Assembly (NCBI GenBank): GCA_964353645.1
Contig: CAYGWR010000002.1
Span: forward strand, 1-45,414
Length of the DNA: 45,414 bases
Direction of reading: 5' to 3'
Origin: an uncultured Dehalococcoidia bacterium
Lineage (GTDB): Bacteria; Chloroflexota; Dehalococcoidia; SZUA-161
Shown here: positions 7,782 to 14,697 of the stretch, one piece after another
Numbering within the stretch: position 1 is the stretch's first letter
Layout: every line of letters begins with the position of its first letter
The notes under the pieces: generated by a model
Told to the model about the DNA's origin: nothing
The model's database searches: none
Seen by the model: only the letters and a program-made list of their open reading frames with translations
Translations under genes and position numbers: made by a program

Positions 7782-8205
7782 TTATTTCTGGTCTGTTTCA
7801 TGCGTATCTTTCATGGCATGAATAAGCGCTTCGATATCCTCAAGCTGCTGTTTCAGAAAATCGGCCTGATCCTTGAGTATAGTTGCTTCATCCTCTTTAG
7901 CTCTTCCCCAGATGGGAAAGCTTGTGGCGGGCCAACAGTTTCTAATTACCCGAAGGGCAGAGTTCCACGGGTTTACCCGTGGGTGAATGAGCAATCGCCC
8001 GAAGGGCGTCAAGCGAAGATTGAACTGTAAAGTGCCACGGGCTTGCCCGTGGGTATCTACAGCCGCGTCCTCCGCCTCTACCGTAAAAAACACGCCTCCC
8101 AAACGACCGATTTCCTGCGCCATTGAAAGCTACAGCGCAATGGCCCATCCCTCCTCCTGTCATGGGGCCCATGCCCCTCGGTCCTGTTCCATCAAATCCT
8201 GGCAT
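7782..8205 (-). pseudogene. DUF5320-like gene split into two frames by a hairpin-rich insertion
   Basis: The N-terminal half runs from 8205 down to about 8056 (MPGFDGTGPRGMGPMTGGGMGHC...GRGGGRGCR). The C-terminal half runs from 7940 down to 7782 (WPATSFPIWGRAKEDEATILKDQADFLKQQLEDIEALIHAMKD). The halves are in different frames. Together they match the architecture of the intact paralog at 10070..10423. Confidence 0.65.
7941..8055. mobile_element. MITE-like 111-115 nt insertion inside the DUF5320-like gene
   Basis: It is flanked by direct TCTA (7941-7944 and 8056-8059). The ends are imperfect inverted repeats: TACCCGAAGGGCA at the left, and TACCC-ACGGGCA as the reverse complement of the right end. 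The interior holds four hairpins: CCC-GAA-GGG, CCACGGG-TTTA-CCCGTGG, CGCCC-GAA-GGGCG and CCACGGG-CTTG-CCCGTGG. Removing 115 nt restores one reading frame. Confidence 0.5.
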
Positions 8206-8324
8206 TTTAGGCCTCCTTTAAATAATTTGTATCAGTCGATTGTTAGCCCCAGCAGCGCTGCGGCAAATCAATAACATCAGCCTGTGCATCTCCTAATATT
8301 TGTTTTATCATGCTTTTTATTATC

Positions 8325-8350
8325 CCTCCCTTGCCGCTGGCGATGGATAT
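8325..8350 (-). pseudogene. Relic of the 5' end of a MinD-like ATPase gene (P-loop region only)
   Basis: CCTCCCTTGCCGCTGGCGATGGATAT matches 6000-6025 (CCTCCCTTACCACTGGCGATGGATAT) at 24/26 positions. It translates as IISIASGKGG and then runs into AT-rich non-coding sequence. Confidence 0.55.
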
Positions 8351-8357
8351 GATCTTT

Positions 8358-8588
8358 CTATTCTCTCGCCATTTTACCGCCGCATTGAGGGCAGTTTACG
8401 TTATAACATGGGACACCCCTTTGATGAGGCGCCTTGGTTCCGCAACTGGGACAAACACAGTTGCCGCCGGGCCCTGCTCCCGGGCGATTGCCGCCCATCC
8501 TCCCAGCACCTTTGACTCCTTTGGCAATACCTCTTCCCGTTCCCGAACCGCTGCCCCAAGGGGGCCCCGTTCCATCTCCTCTAGGCAT
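8358..8588 (-). CDS. Gly/Arg-rich small protein with DUF5320-like N-terminus and C-terminal zinc ribbon (paralog of 6748..6966)
   Basis: MPRGDGTGPPWGSGSGTGRG...CVCPSCG...CPQCGGKM. The GAGGAGG SD lies 8 nt before ATG 8586-8588, so I prefer that start over the GTG at 8594. Confidence 0.7.
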   Translation of the reverse strand: MPRGDGTGPPWGSGSGTGRGIAKGVKGAGRMGGNRPGAGPGGNCVCPSCGTKAPHQRGVPCYNVNCPQCGGKMARE

Positions 8589-8623
8589 TGCCACAACCTC
8601 CTCATTGAAATTCGCCCTCTTTC

Positions 8624-9454
8624 CTATTCCAGGGTTATCTGTGTGCCTGCATTATTTAAGAAAAAGATATCTTTGAACTCCTTAGCCAGAGCAGCGGAGG
8701 CATTAAAACCGGTGCAATGGGACACCCCAAGCCTTTGTAGCCCAAGCCCCTTTAGCTCGTTAGCAGTCTTTTCAATGCGCTCCGGCGAAGCCACCATGAG
8801 ATGCGTGCCCCCGATTATAGTGTGTATGTATTCCCCTCCTGTGAGCTTCTGGACTTGTCTGACGGTGTTGATAATGCCGCGGTGAGCGCATCCGGTAATC
8901 AGAACCAAACCCTCAATTGTCTTTACCACCAGAGCTAGGTCATCCGCTAGCGGGTCGGGTATCATCTTATTGCCCTCCTTCACGCAAAGCCTGTCATCAA
9001 TCGTCTCGTACCCTGTGGTCAGCTCAATCTCGCCGGTGGTTTTTATGTCATCGCTTATCTTGAAGGGCTTTTTCGTGAGATTGAATGATGCTCCAAGACT
9101 TTCAAGGTCTTCCTTCATATAAGGTATCCCCGCATAGCGGCTCATTTCACCATAGACAACGTATTTAGATATCCATATATCCGGATGTGCTATAACCTGC
9201 ACCTGCTTTCTCACCCGCCTCAGCACGTCGCGCAACCCCCCTGTATGGTCTCCGTGGGCATGGCTGAGCACAATGGCATCGATTGTGGAGAAGTCAATTC
9301 CCATGAGGTCAGCGTTGTACACCGCCGAGGTGCTCAAACCTGTATCGAGCAGCACTTTGGCGGTCTCCGTTTCCACCAGGATGCTCAGGCCCCACTCGCC
9401 GAGGAAACCAAGCTGGGCAGTGTTCTCGCTGAGGGTGGTGATACGCACGGCCAC
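8624..9454 (-). CDS. Metallo-beta-lactamase-fold protein
   Basis: HAHGDH motif (VLSHAHGDHTGG). 276 aa. GTG start with GGAGGTGACAA upstream. Confidence 0.85.
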   Translation of the reverse strand: MAVRITTLSENTAQLGFLGEWGLSILVETETAKVLLDTGLSTSAVYNADLMGIDFSTIDAIVLSHAHGDHTGGLRDVLRRVRKQVQVIAHPDIWISKYVVYGEMSRYAGIPYMKEDLESLGASFNLTKKPFKISDDIKTTGEIELTTGYETIDDRLCVKEGNKMIPDPLADDLALVVKTIEGLVLITGCAHRGIINTVRQVQKLTGGEYIHTIIGGTHLMVASPERIEKTANELKGLGLQRLGVSHCTGFNASAALAKEFKDIFFLNNAGTQITLE

Positions 9455-9475
9455 TTGTCACCTCCAATAGTGTTT

Positions 9476-9997
9476 CTAGGGTTCGGCTCTTTTCTCAAGC
9501 TGGTTGAGACGGAACATAACCTCACTCAATTGCTGCCTGAGCATCTGAGATTGGGATTTTAGCTGGCCCAGCTCTTGCTCAACGTTAGTAGTCCCTGACT
9601 CTTTAGCGGCCCCTGCGCCTTGGCTCATTCCACGGCCCATTCCAGAGTGAGAGCCGACGCTGGGCTTTGATGTTGTCTTAAATTCACCTGATTTGTATTG
9701 TTCAATGGCCTTTCGTATGTTGCCAGAGACACCTGTTACAACCTGGATGCCTGCCGCCTCAAGAGTTCGATAGGCATTGGGGCCACAGTCGCCAGTGAGC
9801 ACTATTTGCACTCCTTTACGGGCTACCGTCTGCGCGCTGGCTATTCCCGCTCCGCCGGAGGCCATTAAATTGGCATTCTCAATAGCTTCGAATTACATGT
9901 TATCCGGGTCAATCAGGACAAAGTACCGACATCTGCCAAAACGAGGGTCCACCTCAGCATCCAGGCTGGGAGCGGTTGCTGAAATTGCGATTTTCAA
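9476..9997 (-). pseudogene. NifX-like domain fused to a Gly/Arg linker and a DUF5320-like coiled-coil tail, interrupted by an in-frame TAA (9893-9895)
   Basis: TTG start at 9997 with GAGGAGGTATACC upstream. The gene reads LKIAISAT..VDPRFGRCRYFVLIDPDNM-[TAA]-FEAIENANLMASGGAGI. The stop aligns with a Glu in the paralog 6978..7358 (DPATMEFEFIENANMMAGGGAGI). The tail is GMGRGM...ELGQLKSQSQMLRQQLSEVMFRLNQLEK. Confidence 0.7.
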
Positions 9998-10069
9998 GGT
10001 ATACCTCCTCGGCTGGGGCAGGCTTGGGGAACATGAAAGCCTGCCATAGCATTACTGCATGTTTCGTTA

Positions 10070-10423
10070 CTACTTCTGTTCTTTCTCCAGTTCTTTTATC
10101 CTGGCTTCGATTTCATCGAGTTGGGCCTTTATGGCGTTGGTCTCCTCTCTGAGGAAATCCACCTCCTGCTTCGGGCTCATCTGTGGGGGGTAGGGAGTGG
10201 TGCCAAGGTATCCTGCCCCTGATTTGAAAGGCAATGCCCCAAGCCCCGCATATGAAGGCATTGCCCACCAACGCCTGGGTAGCAAGGTATAGAAGCGGCA
10301 GAAGGGATAGAGATTGCCACGGCCCATTTCTGTTCCTCTACCCATACCGAGACCTCTGCCCATCCCCATACCACGACCCAGGCCCATGCTGCCCCATCTG
10401 AACCAACCTCTTGCGAACGGCAT
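10070..10423 (-). CDS. DUF5320-like Gly/Arg/Met-rich protein with C-terminal coiled coil (intact)
   Basis: GLGRGMGMGRGLGMGRG repeats, then KQEVDFLREETNAIKAQLDEIEARIKELEKEQK. AAGGAGGTAAGTGAG-ATG SD. Confidence 0.7.
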   Translation of the reverse strand: MPFARGWFRWGSMGLGRGMGMGRGLGMGRGTEMGRGNLYPFCRFYTLLPRRWWAMPSYAGLGALPFKSGAGYLGTTPYPPQMSPKQEVDFLREETNAIKAQLDEIEARIKELEKEQK

Positions 10424-10464
10424 CTCACTTACCTCCTTTCCACTTGTTTAATAGATTCCTCTTG

Positions 10465-11229
10465 TTACTTCTTCATGGTAAGCAGGCGCACTCCTTTCAT
10501 CTGGCGGAAGGTAGCGCCCTGGCTGACGTATCGTAAAACTGTTTCTATATCAACAACTTTGGTACCTGAAATAACATCTACTCCGTAATCAAAGAGTATC
10601 GGTGAGAGCGGGGTGCTTGGTCCTAAAACAATGACAAAAGCCTTTGGTTCACAGAGCGTGAGCAGGTCTTCGATAGTGTGATTGACAAAGGCACTGCCTG
10701 TGATAGCCACAACATCAGCTTTAGGAATGATGTTGTGTGCCTCGCCTTCCCCCAGGTCGTTCTCTCTGGGGTGCTTCTCAATTACCCAGAGTTCTTTTGT
10801 TGTTTCGCGAAGCCTTTTAACAAATGGGAAATGTCCCACGATTGCTACCCTTTTATCACGGCCCTTTTCCTGTATAAGTTCAGCAGCATTGAGGTCAATG
10901 CACCGACTTTCCTCTATTTCAATGAGGGAGTTCATAGTTGCGATACCTATTGCTGCTTCCAGCTCGCTCTCCGAACGGGCCATCCTGGCCAGCCCGAGAG
11001 CAGATTTTTCCGTCAAGTGCCCCGCATCTTTCACTGGAGCAGGGAGATCAGTACTGTGATGGTCGGGCGCGTGCGGCGTTGATGCAAGCCCACAGTTACG
11101 GGTCAGCACGGCTGTCCAGAAGGGTCCCAATCGTATGTCTTTTAACGTGGCTTGATAATCAAGCACGGTGAGTAAATCGTTTATGATTTTCAGACTCAAG
11201 ATTACCAGTCCTTCCTGCCCCGGCGGCAT
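10465..11229 (-). CDS. DUF364/DUF4213 (putative heavy-metal chelation, Rossmann-like) protein
   Basis: GPFWTAV...CGLAST N-terminal part, and VAIVGHFPF...ADVVAITGSAFVNHT...LGPSTPL C-terminal part. The start is uncertain because it overlaps the upstream gene by 28 nt. Confidence 0.75.
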   Translation of the reverse strand: MPPGQEGLVILSLKIINDLLTVLDYQATLKDIRLGPFWTAVLTRNCGLASTPHAPDHHSTDLPAPVKDAGHLTEKSALGLARMARSESELEAAIGIATMNSLIEIEESRCIDLNAAELIQEKGRDKRVAIVGHFPFVKRLRETTKELWVIEKHPRENDLGEGEAHNIIPKADVVAITGSAFVNHTIEDLLTLCEPKAFVIVLGPSTPLSPILFDYGVDVISGTKVVDIETVLRYVSQGATFRQMKGVRLLTMKK

Positions 11230-11672
11230 CTACCCCGCCCCATCATGCCAAAGCCGAATCCGGCCACTGGTTGTATTTCAGGACTCTGACACTCTGGGCA
11301 TGAAGAGGGAGCACCCGCTACCATCTCCTCAAATGGCACATCCCACTCATGGCCTTCGGTGCCACACCTGAAGCGGCGCATTGCCATCTCGAAGTTACCT
11401 CCCTCGATGCGAATAGCCTTGCCATTAAGCAGGGCATCGGCCACCTTCTTTCGTGCAGACTCCAACACCCTGTGAAAGGTGGGACGCGAGATGTTCATCT
11501 TTTGGGCGCATTCCTCCTGCTCCAAACCCTCGATGTCTTTCAGGCGGATTGCCTCCACTTCCTCGACTGAAAGATTGACTTCCTCCAGAGAATAAAGGGG
11601 GATTCCTGCCGGCTTGAAATAGGTTATCTCAGGAATAAAGCCAACACGGCGACACTTGATTGGCCTGGGCAT
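11202..11672 (-). CDS. DUF134 (UPF0251) predicted DNA-binding protein with C-terminal zinc-ribbon and Gly/Arg tail; first gene of the operon
   Basis: MPRPIKCRRVGFIPEITYFKPAGIP...EAIRLKDIEGLEQEECAQKMNISRPTFHRVLESARKKVADALLNGKAIRIEGG is the family signature. The extension has C..H...CPEC and GFGFGMMGRGRCRRGR. Confidence 0.85.
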   Translation of the reverse strand: MPRPIKCRRVGFIPEITYFKPAGIPLYSLEEVNLSVEEVEAIRLKDIEGLEQEECAQKMNISRPTFHRVLESARKKVADALLNGKAIRIEGGNFEMAMRRFRCGTEGHEWDVPFEEMVAGAPSSCPECQSPEIQPVAGFGFGMMGRGRCRRGRKDW

Positions 11673-11697
11673 AAGTCAAAGCCCCCTTCGATTCAGT

Positions 11698-11727
11698 ATT
11701 AATTATGAACATATGTCCATAATTAAT
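11698..11727. promoter_or_regulatory. 30-bp near-perfect palindrome, candidate operator of the long operon
   Basis: ATTAATTATGAACATATGTCCATAATTAAT is self-complementary except for one symmetric position. It abuts or overlaps the -10 of the minus-strand promoter. Confidence 0.55.
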
Positions 11728-11753
11728 ATAGCATTGATATGTTTACATGTCAA
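11725..11753 (-). promoter_or_regulatory. Sigma70-like promoter of the DUF134-led operon
   Basis: On the minus strand, TTGACA (11748-11753), N17, TATATT (11725-11730), about 55 nt upstream of the ATG at 11672. Confidence 0.55.
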
Positions 11754-11762
11754 GGTTAGAAT
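11734..11762 (+). promoter_or_regulatory. Sigma70-like promoter of the divergent methyltransferase gene
   Basis: TTGATA (11734-11739), N17, TAGAAT (11757-11762). It interdigitates face-to-face with the minus-strand promoter. Confidence 0.5.
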
Positions 11763-11824
11763 ACTCGAGGTGCTACCTTATTGAACTCTGAGAGATTCGG
11801 CTCTCCCAGTGATGAAAGGGTTTG

Positions 11825-12499
11825 ATGACTGATGTAGAGAAGTTCGAGGCCAAAAGAGACCGTGTAAGAGCGCGTCTCTGCAGATTCACCAGAAAGGCTT
11901 TTCAATTGCTTCCCAGGTTGGATAGACCTTGTATTCTTGATGTGGGATGTGGCTCAGGCGTCGCTACTATAGAACTGGCAAAGCTTTGTGATGGTCAGAT
12001 AGCAGCCTTGGACATAGATGAACATGAGCTTAATAGGCTTGATGCGAAGATTGAAAAGGCGGGGCTTTCGCACCGCCTGACGACTGTGAAATGCTCAATG
12101 TTAGAAATGGATTTCCCAAATGGCAGCTTTGATATTATCTGGGCCGAGGGTTCGATATATGTGGTTGGCTTTGAAAATGGGCTCCGGGTATGGTCTCGAT
12201 TTCTCAAACCCAAGGGATTCCTTGTTGTGCACGATGAAACAGGAAACATAGATGAGAAACTAAAACAGATACCATCTTGTGGATATGATTTAATCGACTA
12301 TTTTATATTAGACCAGGATGTCTGGTGGAACGAGTACTGCGTTCCTCTGCAGAGGCTGATTAATGAAATGCGACCCCGATGCGCCGGTGACTCCAAGGCG
12401 CTTGCCCTAATCGACCAGAACCAGCATGAGATCGATATGTTTAAGGTGACTCCGGAACAGTACCACTCAACGTTCTTCATTATCAGAAAAAGACACTAA
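11825..12499 (+). CDS. Class I SAM-dependent methyltransferase
   Basis: ILDVGCGSGVATIELA motif I and ALDID post-I. ATG 11825 lies one codon after the TTG used by the ORF track. Confidence 0.85.
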   Translation: MTDVEKFEAKRDRVRARLCRFTRKAFQLLPRLDRPCILDVGCGSGVATIELAKLCDGQIAALDIDEHELNRLDAKIEKAGLSHRLTTVKCSMLEMDFPNGSFDIIWAEGSIYVVGFENGLRVWSRFLKPKGFLVVHDETGNIDEKLKQIPSCGYDLIDYFILDQDVWWNEYCVPLQRLINEMRPRCAGDSKALALIDQNQHEIDMFKVTPEQYHSTFFIIRKRH

Positions 12500-12690
12500 A
12501 GGGATCTGGGCCAGGGGAAACGGGCCACACCATACCCCAGAAAATACCATTACCCCATAAATTATCAGCGTTAATGGGACTCCTTGAAAACATAATTTGA
12601 TATACACTTGGGACCATCAGTTATTTCTGAAGGCCTTATTGTCCCACTTCCCCTGACCACGTGGACATCTGCATTGTCATCTAACCACGC

Positions 12691-14697
12691 TCACGCTAAC
12701 CTGGCTATTTGAAAGACCACGATGGCGAGAGAGAGCGAGAGTATTATTTGCAGGCCAATGGAAAAGGCCACCCAGCGCCAGCCTCCGGTCTCCTGACGAA
12801 TCGCTGACATTGTAGCGACACAGGGAACGAAAAGAACCTGCGCCACGAGGAAGGCAATCGCCGCACCTGGAGTCAGCATCCCTCTCAGAGCCTGAGTCAG
12901 CCCGACGCTTTCTCTGCCCAGCAATACGCCAAGGGTTGCTATTGTGTTCTCCTTGGCTACAAAGCTGGTCAATAGAGCCACCATTAATTGCCAGTTCAGC
13001 CCCATAAGCTTGCCAACAGGCTCAAGCCCTTTGCCAATGTGCCCAAGAACACTGCCTTCGATATTGCTTGAGGGGAAATAGGATAGGAGCCAGATGATGA
13101 TAGACACGACCAGTATGATTGTTCCAGCGCGTTTGATGAATGCTATGGTCCGCTGCCATGAGACAAGTCCGATAGTTCGCGGATTAGGCTCGTGGTAGAG
13201 CGGCAGTTCCATCATCAGAACAGCCCTCTCGCCTTGAAAGATGAAACGGTTCATCAGTAACCCTGAAATCACCAACACCACCAAGCTAAAGGCGATGATT
13301 CCCGCCGTTACCAGTATGGCTTGGCCCCCGAAGATCGCTGCTGCGATCACCCCGATTACTGCCATTCTGCCTGCACAGGGGATAAGAGGCGCCAAGAGCA
13401 CGGTCAAAAGACGAGCCCGCTTCGACTCGATAATGCGCGTCCCCATCACTGCGGGGACGTTGCACCCGAAACCTAAAAGCAGCGGCAAAGATGACTTGCC
13501 GTGTAATCCCAACATGTGCATGAACCTGTCTGTGACGAAAGCCACCCGTGCCGTGTACCCAACATCTTCCAAAAAACCCCAGGATACGAAGAAGAGAAAC
13601 AGTATTGGAAGAAATGTGAGAACGGTTCCCACCCCGCCCAGTAGGCCATTGCCAAGGAAGCTTTGCAGCCAGCCTGGCATGAAATGCATGTGGTCAAATA
13701 CCAGTGTTTGCGCTCTTTCAATTAAGCTGACCTGCAGGAAATGCTGCACGGGAACGCCTATTCCATAAACGACGAGGAAGACAAGGATCATGACTGCTGC
13801 CAGAACTACCAAGCCCCAGATCGGATGAGTTGCAGCATGGTCGATTTTCTCGGTAACAGAGACTCGGCCTATGGCGGGCCTGTCTTGAGCTGACGATAGC
13901 ACATTCTTGACCCAATCGAAGCGGAGCCCGGCTAAGGTTATTGCAGCAGACTCCTTGTTGCTGAGAAAGGAGTCCAGTTCCGCCTGTCGGTCCTGTGATA
14001 GGCGGTCGTGTAGCAACTTGTTGATCTGGCTATCACCCTCTAATACCTTCATAGCCGCCCAGTGCCTCGGGTAGGGACTCGTGTCCGCATCTGTCAAGAG
14101 ACCTTCAATATGAGCTATGTCACCTGAGATCTTGCTGCCATACTCCACATGTCCCACCGCCGGGGAATCCACCGCTTGAGTGCATTTCTGTGCAATGACT
14201 TCCACCAGCTCCTTCAAACCCCGGTTCTTGCTGGCCACCATGGGGACAACTGGCATATGCAGCGCTGACTCCAGAGCCTTAACGTCGATATTCATGCCTT
14301 CCTGTCGGGCTACATCCACCATGTTCAGGGCGACTATCAAACGCGGTGTGAGTTCCATGAGCTCAGTCACCAGATACAGGTGGCGGTCCAGGCTGGCGGC
14401 ATTGAGCAGGGCGACAACCACATCGGGCTTTTCCGTCACCAGGTAGTCCCGTGTAATCTGCTCTTCCAGTGAGTTGGCGGTGAGGCTGTATGTGCCTGGC
14501 AGGTCGACCAGTTGGAGAGTTAAACCATTGTAGCGGGCTGTTCCGGTCTTCTGTTCCACTGTCTTCCCCGGCCAGTTACCCACGTGCTGGGAGAGGCCTG
14601 TTAGAAGATTGAAAACTGTGCTCTTGCCTACATTAGGTGCTCCGGCCAGCGCCACGACGACGGTTTTCTTGTCAGGTTTCTCAGGTTGCTCTAGCAT
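12691..14697 (-). CDS. feoB: Ferrous iron transporter FeoB
   Basis: 668 aa. The N-terminal G-domain has GAPNVGKST, DLPGTYSL and NMVD motifs, followed by a polytopic membrane domain. Confidence 0.95.
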   Translation of the reverse strand: MLEQPEKPDKKTVVVALAGAPNVGKSTVFNLLTGLSQHVGNWPGKTVEQKTGTARYNGLTLQLVDLPGTYSLTANSLEEQITRDYLVTEKPDVVVALLNAASLDRHLYLVTELMELTPRLIVALNMVDVARQEGMNIDVKALESALHMPVVPMVASKNRGLKELVEVIAQKCTQAVDSPAVGHVEYGSKISGDIAHIEGLLTDADTSPYPRHWAAMKVLEGDSQINKLLHDRLSQDRQAELDSFLSNKESAAITLAGLRFDWVKNVLSSAQDRPAIGRVSVTEKIDHAATHPIWGLVVLAAVMILVFLVVYGIGVPVQHFLQVSLIERAQTLVFDHMHFMPGWLQSFLGNGLLGGVGTVLTFLPILFLFFVSWGFLEDVGYTARVAFVTDRFMHMLGLHGKSSLPLLLGFGCNVPAVMGTRIIESKRARLLTVLLAPLIPCAGRMAVIGVIAAAIFGGQAILVTAGIIAFSLVVLVISGLLMNRFIFQGERAVLMMELPLYHEPNPRTIGLVSWQRTIAFIKRAGTIILVVSIIIWLLSYFPSSNIEGSVLGHIGKGLEPVGKLMGLNWQLMVALLTSFVAKENTIATLGVLLGRESVGLTQALRGMLTPGAAIAFLVAQVLFVPCVATMSAIRQETGGWRWVAFSIGLQIILSLSLAIVVFQIARLA

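Noticed and set aside
7941-8055. Degenerate mini-CRISPR: the plus strand starts GTTTCTAATTACCC and the CCACGGG..CCCGTGG hairpin occurs twice
   Set aside because: There are only two hairpin units, with unequal spacing (7 versus 26 nt from their partner hairpins). No spacer-like unique segments of regular length are present. The block lies inside a coding gene, and no cas genes are in the window.
9893-9895. In-frame TAA as programmed readthrough or an alternative genetic code
   Set aside because: TAA terminates several well-supported genes in this same window, for example the ORFs ending at 23747 and 41423. No recoding signal is evident. A mutation or sequencing error is more parsimonious.
338-11672. 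Nitrogen-fixation (nif) cluster, suggested by the many NifX/NifB-like and NifU-like calls
   Set aside because: There are no nifH, nifD, nifK, nifE, nifN or radical-SAM nifB genes. The NifX-like fold is a generic cofactor-binding domain that is widespread in non-diazotrophs.
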